Positions 51,091 to 61,744 of a stretch of DNA of 64,000 nt are shown piece after piece. The stretch covers positions 32,001 to 96,000 of the forward strand of contig CAXXJV010000002.1 of the NCBI GenBank assembly GCA_963663475.2, in the 5' to 3' direction. The stretch is from Candidatus Cloacimonadales bacterium. Lineage in GTDB: Bacteria; Cloacimonadota; Cloacimonadia; Cloacimonadales; JAFGVF01. The notes below the pieces were generated by a model. The model was not told where the DNA came from. It saw nothing but the letters and a program-made list of their open reading frames with translations, and made no database searches. Positions within the stretch are counted from its first letter, which is position 1; each line of letters starts with the position of its first letter. The position numbers and the translations under genes were made by a program.

Positions 51091-51540
51091 ATGGATAAAA
51101 TAAGTAGATATAAAAGAGTAGCAGATCAATTGCAAGAATTGTTTTCCAAGACAGATGACTTACAGGCAAGAATGGCTACAACTTGTGCAGTTCTGCATCA
51201 CAAATTTAAGTATTTCTTCTGGACTGGTTTTTATTCCCTAAAAGAGGGTGAATTAACAGTTCAGACCTATCAAGGCCCCCTAGCTTGCCTAGTTCTTAAA
51301 AAAGATAGTGGTGTCTGTTGGGCAAGTATTAATGAAAAGAAAAGTATAATCGTTGCAGATGTGGAAAAGTTTCCTGGTCATATAGCTTGTGATTCTCGTT
51401 CTAAATCTGAGATTGTTATTCCTCTCTTCAAAGGAAAGGAAGTCATAGCTGTCTTAGATGTTGATAGTAAGGAGTTAAATTCATTTGATGAGGATGATAG
51501 ATATGGTCTAGAGATGATTGTAGAATTGATTGTTCATTAG
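51091..51540 (+). CDS. GAF-domain protein, free methionine-R-sulfoxide reductase (MsrC/YebR-like)
   Basis: WTGFY, YQGPLAC, GVC, FPGHIACD..S.SEIV.P, VLDVDS. Confidence 0.88.
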   Translation: MDKISRYKRVADQLQELFSKTDDLQARMATTCAVLHHKFKYFFWTGFYSLKEGELTVQTYQGPLACLVLKKDSGVCWASINEKKSIIVADVEKFPGHIACDSRSKSEIVIPLFKGKEVIAVLDVDSKELNSFDEDDRYGLEMIVELIVH

Positions 51541-51723
51541 TTCACAAAGACTAGAGTGGCAAAAAAATACTACCAAATGATAGGGGAAAAAATATAGTGC
51601 TATTCTCAAAGCTCTATTGCACTATTCGGATAAAAGTGATTTATAATCAATTTGTACTATTCTGATTTTTTAAATGAATATTAATTGGTTGAAAAAATAT
51701 TAAAAAATTATTTATATGGTGAC

Positions 51724-52437
51724 CTATAGATCCTTTACAAGAATAGGATTAGGAAGATGCTTTAAATCTAAATTCAAGATTGAATTATAGAGGTTATCTT
51801 CAACCTTTATGTGGGGGTGGTCTGAGCTTATTTGCTTAATTAAATTCTTGATATATTGCCTTTTAGTATGTCCATCATAGATACATGATTTTTTAACAGC
51901 AGGAAAGTCCTTAGCGTAATTGGCTAAGAGAATCTCAGGGACTTCATAGAGAGGTCTAATAACTTGAATTTTTCCTGCAAAGAGGTCTTGTTTGGGCAAC
52001 ATTGTGGATATTTTTCTTGAATAGATCATATTCATTAAAAGTGTTTCATTTACATCATCCCGATTATGAGCAAAGATAACTTTCCTTATCCCTTTACTAT
52101 ATGCATATTCGAAGATGGCTTGATTACGTCTTCGACTGCAAATAAAACATGGATTTTTCGGAGAATTGCTTGCTTCTTGCATGATAGATGTTTTGATAAC
52201 ATCAATAGGGGAGTATTGTTCAACAAAAGAAATAAAAGAGAGGTCTGAACTTGAATCTAGACTTACATGAACACATAGTGTCTTAGCTAAGTAATCAGAA
52301 AGAATAGTCAAGAGGGCTAAAGAATCTTTACCTCCAGAAATAGCAAGAAGATAAGTTTCCTTAGTGTCTAACAAGTTCCATTTACTATTACTAGACTCAA
52401 TAATAGTTTTGATTTGTGCCTTAATCTTTAAGTTCAT
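51724..52437 (-). CDS. ttcA: tRNA 2-thiocytidine biosynthesis TtcA-family protein
   Basis: AISGGKDS PP-loop, PCFICSRRR, H.RDD..ET..MN, IRPL. Confidence 0.85.
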   Translation of the reverse strand: MNLKIKAQIKTIIESSNSKWNLLDTKETYLLAISGGKDSLALLTILSDYLAKTLCVHVSLDSSSDLSFISFVEQYSPIDVIKTSIMQEASNSPKNPCFICSRRRNQAIFEYAYSKGIRKVIFAHNRDDVNETLLMNMIYSRKISTMLPKQDLFAGKIQVIRPLYEVPEILLANYAKDFPAVKKSCIYDGHTKRQYIKNLIKQISSDHPHIKVEDNLYNSILNLDLKHLPNPILVKDL

Positions 52438-52488
52438 AAGAAAAAATAAGGGAAGAATATCACTAGTAATCTCCCCTCAATTAGTAAT

Positions 52489-52686
52489 TTATTTGTAAAA
52501 TTCTTCTAAAGAATTTAATATCTCTTTTAATACTTGAGTACCATTCTCTACATCATAAGTTTCATTATCCCCATTATCAAATTGCAGAATTATACTGCCT
52601 AGAGATAAAGAAACCTTACGGATTTTACTGATTACAACATAGACTTTCGCACCATGATTATCAACAAAAGTATAAACAGCTTTCAT
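52489..52686 (-). CDS. Small hypothetical protein
   Basis: 65 aa, translationally coupled (TAATG) to the upstream cyclophilin gene. Confidence 0.7.
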   Translation of the reverse strand: MKAVYTFVDNHGAKVYVVISKIRKVSLSLGSIILQFDNGDNETYDVENGTQVLKEILNSLEEFYK

Positions 52687-53480
52687 TATTTAATTACTAC
52701 CTTTTCGATTATAGCTTGGTTTTCAGCTAGTGGATTATCTTTTTTATCACGTGGAAGTTGCTCAATTTCATGAACAATATCCATTCCTTTTGTTACTTTG
52801 CCAAAGACAGTGTGTTTGCCGTTAAGCCAAGCTGCTCCTTCTTTTTTAGTAACAATAAAGAATTGAGAACCATTAGTGTTTGGTCCTGAATTAGCCATGC
52901 AAAGTGTACCATAATCAACACTTGCTATAAGTTCTCCTTTGGAAGTAAGAGCTGGCAAACCTGTTTTATCATAAAAATACTCATAAGTTTTAGCCATTAT
53001 TGGAGCACCTGACTGTTGTTCAGCTATATTTTTCATGATATTAGAAATTTCACTATCTGCTTTGTCTCCATTTGCTTGCATATAAGGTACAAGTATTTCT
53101 TGATATAAGCGAATAGCTTCTTGTTCAGAAGTAATCTTACCAGTTAACTTCTTTGCACCAATAGTTGAATATGTCTCATCTTCAAACTTATATCCAGGAT
53201 TACCTGTGCCATCATCAGCCCTATTTTTGTTAAGGGTATTAGGACAGCCACCTTGGATCATGAAATTAGGAATAACTCTATGGAAGTAAATACCTTCATA
53301 GAAACCTTCATTAGCTAGTTTGACAAAGTTATCAACAGTTTTTGGGGTTAAATCCTTAGTTAATTCAACCTCTATATCTCCCAAATTGGTCTTAATAAGA
53401 GCTGTAATGTTTTTGGCACTAAGGGTTAGACTTAAAGAAAGAAAGATAAGTCCAACTAGTAATATTTTGTAAATCTTCAT
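52686..53480 (-). CDS. Secreted cyclophilin-type peptidyl-prolyl isomerase with helical insertion
   Basis: FHRVIPNFMIQGG, MANSGPNTNGSQFFI, WLNGKHTVFG. Confidence 0.94.
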   Translation of the reverse strand: MKIYKILLVGLIFLSLSLTLSAKNITALIKTNLGDIEVELTKDLTPKTVDNFVKLANEGFYEGIYFHRVIPNFMIQGGCPNTLNKNRADDGTGNPGYKFEDETYSTIGAKKLTGKITSEQEAIRLYQEILVPYMQANGDKADSEISNIMKNIAEQQSGAPIMAKTYEYFYDKTGLPALTSKGELIASVDYGTLCMANSGPNTNGSQFFIVTKKEGAAWLNGKHTVFGKVTKGMDIVHEIEQLPRDKKDNPLAENQAIIEKVVIK

Positions 53481-53505
53481 ATTTCCTCCGTTTTTTTATT
53501 TATTA

Positions 53506-53592
53506 TTAAACCCAGATATTGCATTAGAACTTTCAGCAAGTGTAGAGTTTATTCTGCTATTCATAAAGGTCTCCTGCTTTGTTTGGGTTAAA
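53506..53592. repeat. Family A copy overlapping the 3' end of lpxH
   Basis: ttaaacccagatattgcattaga ... tttgggttaaa. Confidence 0.75.
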
Positions 53593-54306
53593 GTATTTTA
53601 AATGAGCTTTACCATCAACAATTTCAATATAAGAATTATGAACTATCCAGTCTCCACTATTAAGATAAAATCCCTGATCTAATTGTATCTTTTGTGGATT
53701 ATGGGCATGGCCCATGATAACAAGCTGATATCCATCTTTGATTTTTTTCTCTGCAAAATCAATTAATCCTTGGTTTTTCTTCTTAGTAATCTCAGGTGAA
53801 TCCTGTCTATCTCGACTAGAACGCGATAATTTCTTACCAATATTAAGAGATAACTCAGGGTGAATTAGATTAAAGATAAACTTAGTTACCTTATTTCTAA
53901 GCAGGTTACGGAAGATAAAGTATCTAATATCGTTAGATGTATGTTTATCTCCGTGAGTGAAATAAATTTGATTCTGTTTATCAATAGTTATATAATAATC
54001 AGAATAGATTTCGATACCTAATTTTTCTAAAAATCCATTGAACCAAAAATCATGATTCCCAGCTAGCATGACTACTTTTATTCCTCTGCTAATAATTGTT
54101 TTAAGCTCATGAATAAAATCATAATAACCAGCAATAATTACACTATTCCAGTCAAACCAAAGGTCAAAGATATCACCATTAAGCACAAGCATGTCAGTAT
54201 CTGAAGAAATACTTTGCAAGAAGTTTGTTACACGAAGTCGTCTTGCTTTATCTTCATCATTCTCATTAAATTTAATATGGGTATCTGATATTACTATAAT
54301 TTTCAT
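53557..54306 (-). CDS. lpxH: UDP-2,3-diacylglucosamine diphosphatase
   Basis: ISDTH, GDIFDLW, GNHD, HGD, GHAH, NSGDW. Confidence 0.85.
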   Translation of the reverse strand: MKIIVISDTHIKFNENDEDKARRLRVTNFLQSISSDTDMLVLNGDIFDLWFDWNSVIIAGYYDFIHELKTIISRGIKVVMLAGNHDFWFNGFLEKLGIEIYSDYYITIDKQNQIYFTHGDKHTSNDIRYFIFRNLLRNKVTKFIFNLIHPELSLNIGKKLSRSSRDRQDSPEITKKKNQGLIDFAEKKIKDGYQLVIMGHAHNPQKIQLDQGFYLNSGDWIVHNSYIEIVDGKAHLKYFNPNKAGDLYE

Positions 54307-54308
54307 AA

Positions 54309-54959
54309 TTATCTGGTAAGCAGGTAGTATAAGATGTTAGTTCCAAACTGCAAAGCTTTTAATCTCGTCTGTTCGGAATTCTGATGGGTAGTGTAGTCTG
54401 CCCAACCATCAGAGATATTTGACTCGTAAGTATATAGAAGCATCATTCTACCATAATCATCGAAAATAGCAAAAGACTGAGGTCTTTTTTTATCATGTTC
54501 ATGGATTTTAGGAGTAGCTTGTGGAAAGTTGTAGTAAACATTAAAAAGTTCATGCCCTTTGGGAAGTTCAACTAGTTCCTTGTTGGGAAATAATCTTTTA
54601 ATCTCTTGTCTGAATGACTTGTCTAAGCCATAATCATCATCACAATAAAGAAAACCACCATTCAAAAGATAGTCTCTTAAATTATCAATCTCCCGATTAG
54701 AAAACTTAACATTTCCATGACCTGTCATATAGATAAAAGGATAATCGGCAAGTTGAGAATCTGTGAGCTGGATGACTTTTTCATCAAGAGAAAAGTTGGT
54801 ATTTAACTCCTTATTAACGTACTTAGCTAGATTAGGTAAGACTTCTGGATCATTATACCAATCTCCACCACCTGTGTAGTGAAGTCGTGCTAATTGCATC
54901 TGACCAAAAGCAAATGTAGCTACTAATAATATTGCTAATCCGAAAATAATTCTCTTAAT
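54309..54959 (-). CDS. DUF4159-domain protein with signal peptide (probable ATT start)
   Basis: GGGDWY, PFIYMTGHG, YL.NGGFL..DD, D..DGW; AGGAG 6 nt before ATT 54959. Confidence 0.85.
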   Translation of the reverse strand: MKRIIFGLAILLVATFAFGQMQLARLHYTGGGDWYNDPEVLPNLAKYVNKELNTNFSLDEKVIQLTDSQLADYPFIYMTGHGNVKFSNREIDNLRDYLLNGGFLYCDDDYGLDKSFRQEIKRLFPNKELVELPKGHELFNVYYNFPQATPKIHEHDKKRPQSFAIFDDYGRMMLLYTYESNISDGWADYTTHQNSEQTRLKALQFGTNILYYLLTR

Positions 54960-55208
54960 ATTCAGCTCCTTAAAGACTTTTAGTTACATAAAATAGGAAT
55001 AAGGATAAAGTCAAGTAATTTGTTATGAGTTTTATGCTTAAGATAAGAATACCCAATAAAACACTAGTAAGAGGGCATTAGCCAGTAAGAAATTTAAACA
55101 CTTAGAAAATGACCCATGAATCTCAAACCGAAGAAGTTGAGGAGTGTTGATAACTTCAATACTCTCTCAAAAAAAGAGATTTAGTAAGTATTTTCAATAA
55201 GAAGTGAA

Positions 55209-56498
55209 TTACTTATTTCTTTGATTAGTAATAGTATCATGGAAAATTTTAAATTCATTAATATTGAACATGTTATAGTATTCCATTAATTGTGCCTTAT
55301 GAATCCAATGATAACTGGAAACAGTGTTGGTGTGTTTACAATAACGTGAACCATCAACACCATCAATATCCCATAGAGGATAATGGTCAATAACAGAGGC
55401 AATAGATCCCTGGAAAAGTCTCAAAGCATCATTATCTCTTGTAATGCAATAGTATTCCCATAAGCCCCAAGTAGCGAATAATTTACCATTGAGAACATGA
55501 CAGAAGTCACTACTTGGATATTCTTCATACCATAGATAATCTTCATCATCTATATAAAAATTCCAAGAAGTAGCATTATTGGTATGCATAGTCACAAAAA
55601 ATTCATCAGCTGCTTGAAGATATTTCTCATCTCTTGAATTATGGTAGGCTATGCACATCAAGGCTAATGCTTGACCTTGAGCCATTGCAGATGTCCAACC
55701 GAAAGGTAAAGTTACAGTTTCATGTGTATTCTCAAAAGCGTACTTCAGAAAAGAATCACTATCTTTATAATCTATTATCCAATCTGCGTTTACATAGAAC
55801 CAGGCTAAATAATCTTGATTATCGGTTTTGATATACTGATCATAAAATCCAAAGGCATTATTACAAGTTAAAACTGGATTATAGTAATTTCCAAAAGGAT
55901 AAGGATATACTGGGATCATATTTTCATCTAAAAGATGCCATAAAATACCGTGTTCCATTAAGAAGTTCATAGGTGTATTACAATATTGATCAGCAATAGC
56001 CTCAACATTTTCAATTTTATATTCTTTGAAGAATTTATCTAGAGCTGTGAAATTATAGAAATCAGAAACAGCAACACTTCTTGCAGGGTTAGTGTCAAGA
56101 GTAAGAATTACATTCTGATGATAGTATTTTGCCTTAAGATTGCCAATAAAATTATTTTCATCAATCCTAAATTTTGAGTATGCACTTCGATTAGAATCAC
56201 CCCAGTAAAGAGTTGTATTAATAGTACTTTCTGTTTGTGCATCAAAGTCTATGTTTATATATAATTCCATTTGACTTTGTAAATGCTTATATGTAAAGTA
56301 ATTAGTTTTATTACTGTTTCCAACAGAGATGATTAGACTATCTGGTATTATATTGTTATTATAAAGTTCTTCAAATTCAACTTCAATTGTCCCAGTAATT
56401 TCAGAAGCTTCCGAGTTTGTTGCTTTATCTTGACATCCACTAACTAACAAAAAAATTAATACAAATCCTAATAATAAGCAAATTCTAAAACTTTTCAT
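55209..56498 (-). CDS. Lipoprotein with D-glucuronyl C5-epimerase C-terminal-like domain
   Basis: Lipobox VSGC; W.SAMAQGQA, WYEEYP, HVLNG..F...GL, SRY, YH..H..QL. Confidence 0.8.
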   Translation of the reverse strand: MKSFRICLLLGFVLIFLLVSGCQDKATNSEASEITGTIEVEFEELYNNNIIPDSLIISVGNSNKTNYFTYKHLQSQMELYINIDFDAQTESTINTTLYWGDSNRSAYSKFRIDENNFIGNLKAKYYHQNVILTLDTNPARSVAVSDFYNFTALDKFFKEYKIENVEAIADQYCNTPMNFLMEHGILWHLLDENMIPVYPYPFGNYYNPVLTCNNAFGFYDQYIKTDNQDYLAWFYVNADWIIDYKDSDSFLKYAFENTHETVTLPFGWTSAMAQGQALALMCIAYHNSRDEKYLQAADEFFVTMHTNNATSWNFYIDDEDYLWYEEYPSSDFCHVLNGKLFATWGLWEYYCITRDNDALRLFQGSIASVIDHYPLWDIDGVDGSRYCKHTNTVSSYHWIHKAQLMEYYNMFNINEFKIFHDTITNQRNK

Positions 56499-56956
56499 AA
56501 AATCTCCTTCAAGGGCTTACATAAATACATAAATATTTGATTATCTGTTTTGTCAAGATAATGTTTTAAAATTATAGCTATAAACTATATATAATGATAA
56601 AATTAATTATATAAGGCAATTAATCTTGATGTTAATCATTATGTTAAATTAGGTAACATTTGAAAACTGTTTAGTTGTAATTAACAATCCATTAAATTAT
56701 GCCTTTATTTTTACAACTCGATATAATTCCGATGATTAATAGAAATAGTAATAATGAAGGAATAGACTAAACTTAATACTGGCAATTTATTACAAGCTTT
56801 TGTACTAAAACTTGAATCACCCTGTTAACTATCTCTATTTAAAAAAAAGGGATAAAAACTTAGAGGTGCTGACTATATCAAGACTATGGGTGATAAAATC
56901 ACTTGACGATTTCTCAAAGAATATAAGATTGGAAAAAAATCTTAAGGAAATAACAG

Positions 56957-58030
56957 ATGAAAATTATCCATATAGTAGGAGCACGTCCACAATTTGTGAA
57001 ACTAGCTCCATTATATAAAGAAATTCAAAATAAGGCTGAACAGTTAATAATACATACAGGACAACATTACGATGAGAAGATGTCGAAGATTTTCTTTGAA
57101 GATCTAGCTATCCCCAAACCAGACTTTAATTTAAATATTAATCAAGGTTCTCATGCTTATCAGACAGCTGAGATGATGAAAGGGATTGAGAAGATTCTCT
57201 TAGAAGTAAAAGATTGCCTATTAGTTATATATGGTGACACAAATTCAACTCTTGCTGGAGCATTGGCTGCTGCGAAATTAGAGATTCCTATTGTTCATAT
57301 TGAAGCAGGTTTAAGATCTTTTAATCGTTCTATGCCAGAGGAAGTTAACAGAATCTTAGCAGATAGAATTTCTAACTATCTCTTTGCACCAACTCCTACT
57401 GCAGTAGAAAACCTTAAGAATGAGGGAATTTCTAAGATTACTTATCTGACTGGTGATATCATGACTGATTCAATTGCTCAAAATATTGCCATTGCTAAAG
57501 AAAAATCAGATGTTATCAATAGACTTAAACTAACAAAAGAAGATTATTATCTACTAACTCTCCATAGACCCTACAATGTTGATGACCCTGAAAAATTAAT
57601 TAATATTCTAACATTACTAAATAATTTAGATAAAGAAGTGCTTTTCCCGATTCATCCAAGAACTAGAAAAATATTAGAGGCTAATCTTACTGCAAACTTA
57701 TCAAATATAAGATTAATTGAACCTCAAGGTTATTTAGATTTTCTTATCTTACAAGAAAATGCTGATAAAATAGTTACTGATTCAGGGGGTATTCAGAAAG
57801 AAGCTTGCATCCTTAAAAGACCTTGTATCACTCTTAGAAGCGAAACTGAATGGGTGGAGACTGTTCGTGAAGGTGTAAATTTACTTGTAACTAGGATAGA
57901 AGAAGGATTAACTCAGAAAATTATGTCTTTTAATCCTGTCTTCCCAAGTTATGGTATCTTTGGGGAAAAAGTGAGTGAGAAAATGTGTGAAATTATAACT
58001 GACATTTTGAGGAAAGCTTATGCAAAATAA
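56957..58030 (+). CDS. wecB: UDP-N-acetylglucosamine 2-epimerase (non-hydrolysing)
   Basis: VGARPQFVK, HTGQHYD, GDTNSTL, HIEAGLRS, MPEE.NR, TDSGGIQKEA. Confidence 0.93.
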   Translation: MKIIHIVGARPQFVKLAPLYKEIQNKAEQLIIHTGQHYDEKMSKIFFEDLAIPKPDFNLNINQGSHAYQTAEMMKGIEKILLEVKDCLLVIYGDTNSTLAGALAAAKLEIPIVHIEAGLRSFNRSMPEEVNRILADRISNYLFAPTPTAVENLKNEGISKITYLTGDIMTDSIAQNIAIAKEKSDVINRLKLTKEDYYLLTLHRPYNVDDPEKLINILTLLNNLDKEVLFPIHPRTRKILEANLTANLSNIRLIEPQGYLDFLILQENADKIVTDSGGIQKEACILKRPCITLRSETEWVETVREGVNLLVTRIEEGLTQKIMSFNPVFPSYGIFGEKVSEKMCEIITDILRKAYAK

Positions 58031-59213
58031 TAATAAAGATATAACTCTCTTTGATCTATTAATATCAATTGCTAGAAAAAAATGGTTTATAATAATATTT
58101 ACATCAATATTCTCTATTGTTGCTGTGATTTATTCACTCGTCACTCCTGAAATTTGGGGGTCTTCAAGTACATTTATATCTGTTTCAGATCAAATGAGTG
58201 CTAAGGGGATTGGTGCCTCAATGCTAGGGAACTTAGGTTTAGGAATGTTTGGGAACATGAGTTCTTCAGAAGCTCTTAACAACATCATGTACTTAGATAG
58301 CAGAGAATTAAAAAAACAAGCAATAAGAAAATTTGATTTGATTGCCTATTTTGAAATTACAGAGGAAGACAGCTTAAAAGCAATGGAAATAGCCTTAGAT
58401 AACTTTGATCAAAAGATTTATGGGTCATTCTATGATGTTGAAACAGAAGCAATCACAGTGCGTGCTCATACAAAATCTCAACTTTTATCTAAAGAGATAG
58501 TAGAGTTTTTCCTTGAATCTTTAAAAGAGTATAATTTAAATACTAGAATGACAAAAGGAAAACTGCAGAGAGAATTTTTAGAAAAAAGGGTTAGTGAGAT
58601 TGATAAAGAATTTAATGATTTAATCTCTCAACTAAACAAATTTCATAAGGATACTAAGTTTATTTCTACTGAATCTCAGACAAATCAGATGTTAAGTGTT
58701 TATTCAGAAATTATTGCTGAAGATATGGCCAATGAGGCCATGATTTCTGTGATAAAGAAAGTATATGGAACAGAAAATCCAAATTACAAAGAATTGATAA
58801 TCAAGAGAGATGAACTAAAAAGTAGTATTACAAGTCTCGAGAGTGATAAGAACTTCTATAAATACTTTGTTCCAATAGATCAGATTCCTGATTATTTGCT
58901 AACTTCAGAGCTTTTAGAGATGAGGATAAAAATTAACAGAGGTATATATGAATACATATATCCACAATACGAAATGGCAAAAATCGAAGAGATAAAAGAT
59001 CTACCTACTATAGAAATAATTAATTATCCAGATATTGAAGGATTAAGAGTAAAACCCAAAAGAGCACAAATATGTGTGATAACTTTTCTTTGTTCGCTGT
59101 TAATCTCAATGGCTATTGCAATAGTAGTCGATAATACAAGTCCTGAAAATAAAGAAAAAATACAACAAGCAATAAGAATATTCTTTGGAAAAAATGATAG
59201 TCAAATTAGTTAA
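58020..59213 (+). CDS. Polysaccharide chain-length determinant (Wzz/GumC-like)
   Basis: Two terminal TMs, coiled-coil periplasmic region, KPKR before the last TM. Confidence 0.85.
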   Translation: MQNNNKDITLFDLLISIARKKWFIIIFTSIFSIVAVIYSLVTPEIWGSSSTFISVSDQMSAKGIGASMLGNLGLGMFGNMSSSEALNNIMYLDSRELKKQAIRKFDLIAYFEITEEDSLKAMEIALDNFDQKIYGSFYDVETEAITVRAHTKSQLLSKEIVEFFLESLKEYNLNTRMTKGKLQREFLEKRVSEIDKEFNDLISQLNKFHKDTKFISTESQTNQMLSVYSEIIAEDMANEAMISVIKKVYGTENPNYKELIIKRDELKSSITSLESDKNFYKYFVPIDQIPDYLLTSELLEMRIKINRGIYEYIYPQYEMAKIEEIKDLPTIEIINYPDIEGLRVKPKRAQICVITFLCSLLISMAIAIVVDNTSPENKEKIQQAIRIFFGKNDSQIS

Positions 59214-60468
59214 TGTAAATTTTATTGTTAAATTAATCTTTATTATTTTTGTTTTGGGTATATTTATGCCATTGTCTGGACTGCTTAATTTTTTTTTGAT
59301 TGGCATTTCTTTAGCTTGTATGGTGTTTTATGTTTCCAAAAATCAAATTGATATTTCCTTTCTGGGTTACCCTAAGTCGACAACATTATTTTTTCTAACA
59401 TACTTAATCTATCCATGGATTACTTTTTTTTGGGTGGAGAATTACAGGTATTTTTATTCTCAGGTTAGATTTATAATTCTTCATTGGCTAGTATTTTCGA
59501 TTTCGTATTTTTTTTTAGTCAAAGTCTTTACTAATCATGAAAAGTTTTTAAAAATTATTATTGCAATTGGTGTGGTATATATTGCTGTTTCTTTTTGGGA
59601 ATTGTTAACAGGAAATCACCTTAGTTTATCAAGATATTATGGTATCCCTATACCAATCCCAACAGGTTTCTATTATAATGAGAATAACCAAACTATTTTA
59701 ACCTCTATGATGTTACCTATTGCAGGTTATTTTATTTTAAGTTCAAAGAAATATTATCAAGAAGTGTTTTATACTTTAGTGATAATTCTATTCATAGCTA
59801 TCTCAGCTTTAGCTGGAGCAAGAATAAGCATGATGATTTCAGTACCTTTTTTCATTTATATTCTGATTAGAAAACGCTCAATCCGAGTAACAGGTTTATT
59901 ACTGCTACTTTTTATTTTACTGATTAATTATGCTTCGATTTATAAAAATAAGGAATATACTTTAGCTAAAGAATATTTAAAGCACCAATACAAATCATTT
60001 GGGGCTGAAGTAAATAATTATCGTATTGGTTCAACTAAAATAAGAATTAATATGATAAAGAAAGCAATTAGTTATTTTGATGAATCAAAGTACCTAGGAG
60101 TTGGTGCAGGTAATTATGATTATCATGCTAAACAAGGCTGGTATGCTGAAATTGGTTGGATTGAAAATACTCATGCCTATATATTTGAGTTATTAGCAAA
60201 TTATGGAATATTTGTTATTATGGCTTTTCTATTTTTTGTTATTGGCCTTAGTTATAAATTGATAAAGATATATAAGACAGCAATAGGTAAAGCGAAGATT
60301 TTAGCTGAGATGAACTTGTTTCAAATTCCAATTTTCCTCATGATAGGTTTTATCCCCTCTAGTATCTTTCCAATTATCCAAATATGGGTAATTATGGGAT
60401 ACTTGGCCTCTTATATTTATCTTAATTCTGTAGAAACAAAATATAATAAAATTCAATCAAATGTTTAA
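59194..60468 (+). CDS. O-antigen ligase/Wzy polymerase family protein
   Basis: About 11 TMs, YNEN, S.K.R...GVGAGN, H....ELLA.YG. Confidence 0.82.
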   Translation: MIVKLVNVNFIVKLIFIIFVLGIFMPLSGLLNFFLIGISLACMVFYVSKNQIDISFLGYPKSTTLFFLTYLIYPWITFFWVENYRYFYSQVRFIILHWLVFSISYFFLVKVFTNHEKFLKIIIAIGVVYIAVSFWELLTGNHLSLSRYYGIPIPIPTGFYYNENNQTILTSMMLPIAGYFILSSKKYYQEVFYTLVIILFIAISALAGARISMMISVPFFIYILIRKRSIRVTGLLLLLFILLINYASIYKNKEYTLAKEYLKHQYKSFGAEVNNYRIGSTKIRINMIKKAISYFDESKYLGVGAGNYDYHAKQGWYAEIGWIENTHAYIFELLANYGIFVIMAFLFFVIGLSYKLIKIYKTAIGKAKILAEMNLFQIPIFLMIGFIPSSIFPIIQIWVIMGYLASYIYLNSVETKYNKIQSNV

Positions 60469-61744
60469 CAAACAAAAAAAATCAATTATATCTCTTGTAG
60501 AAAAAGGGTTTTTCCATATTTTTGGAGCAAACACTCTCTCTAAATTCTTCTTCATGCTCTCATCAATCTTTTTAGTTAGGTTGTTAGATGTAGAAGTATA
60601 TGGTTTTTGGTCCTACGCTTTAAATATCTTTACATTAATAACTCTTTTGCAAGGAGCAGGTTCGAGTGTAGGTATTCTACAGTTTTGCAGCAAAGAACAA
60701 AGTGATAATAAAGCTAGAAAACTATTCCTATTCGGTAATAAATTAAATTTCTATGCAAACTTGATTCTATTTTTAGTTAGTTTAACTATTCTATATTTTT
60801 ATGATTTTCATATACCTAATACAAGCAAGCTGGTTAGTATACTTGCTGTTTCCATGTTTTTTTTAGGATTAGCAGATAATTATAAAAATTACTTTAGAGC
60901 CACTTTACGCAACAGAGCATTCTCATACTCAGTATTGTTCTATGCCTTATATCGCTCTACTTCATTGTTAGTACTAGGTTATTTCTTTTCTTTAACAGGT
61001 CTTGTAATATCCCAATTAAGCAGTTATTTCTTTGATTATCTTCTCTGCAGATATTTAGATAAAGATAAGATAATTAATTTGCCCAAGTTACAAACACAAG
61101 AAAAAAGAGATTTTATAAAGTTCTCTGTTATTTCATCAGCAAATAACCTGATCTCTCGACTTCTCTACTTGATTGATACATTTTTGGTTGGGCAAATTCT
61201 TGCTTCTAGTTTACTTGTAGCACATTATAAAACTGCTACGTTATTACCTTCAAACTTAATTTTTATTCCTCAGTCTGTTATTCTTTTTGTTTATCCATAT
61301 ATTAGGAAGAATGTTAATGATAAAGAATATATCAAAAGCAAGTATATCCAAATTGTCAAAAAATTAGCATTAATAAACTTTTTATTGACTGCAGTATTAT
61401 TCATTTTTACTCCTTTAGTTGTGAGAATACTTTTTTCTGCTAAATATACTGACTCTATACCAGCAATGAGAGTTCTATTGATTGGGTTTTTCTTCGCTGG
61501 CACTTTTAGAATTCCTGCAGGTAACTTTATTGCAGCAATTCACAAACTAAAAATTAATGTAATAATAACAAGTATCAGTGGTATTTTAAATATAGGTTTA
61601 GACTATGTGTTAATTTTAAAATATGGAATAATTGGTGCAGCTTATGCAACAACTTTTGTTTTCATAATAAATTCGATTATGAGTAATGGTTATTTAATCT
61701 ATTATTTTAAGAGAGGTAAATATGAAAGTTCTTTATCTGAATAA
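60461..61744 (+). CDS. wzx: Oligosaccharide flippase (Wzx)
   Basis: Polysacc_synt-like multi-TM protein; 'LI..YGIIGAA.AT'. Confidence 0.85.
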   Translation: MFNKQKKSIISLVEKGFFHIFGANTLSKFFFMLSSIFLVRLLDVEVYGFWSYALNIFTLITLLQGAGSSVGILQFCSKEQSDNKARKLFLFGNKLNFYANLILFLVSLTILYFYDFHIPNTSKLVSILAVSMFFLGLADNYKNYFRATLRNRAFSYSVLFYALYRSTSLLVLGYFFSLTGLVISQLSSYFFDYLLCRYLDKDKIINLPKLQTQEKRDFIKFSVISSANNLISRLLYLIDTFLVGQILASSLLVAHYKTATLLPSNLIFIPQSVILFVYPYIRKNVNDKEYIKSKYIQIVKKLALINFLLTAVLFIFTPLVVRILFSAKYTDSIPAMRVLLIGFFFAGTFRIPAGNFIAAIHKLKINVIITSISGILNIGLDYVLILKYGIIGAAYATTFVFIINSIMSNGYLIYYFKRGKYESSLSE

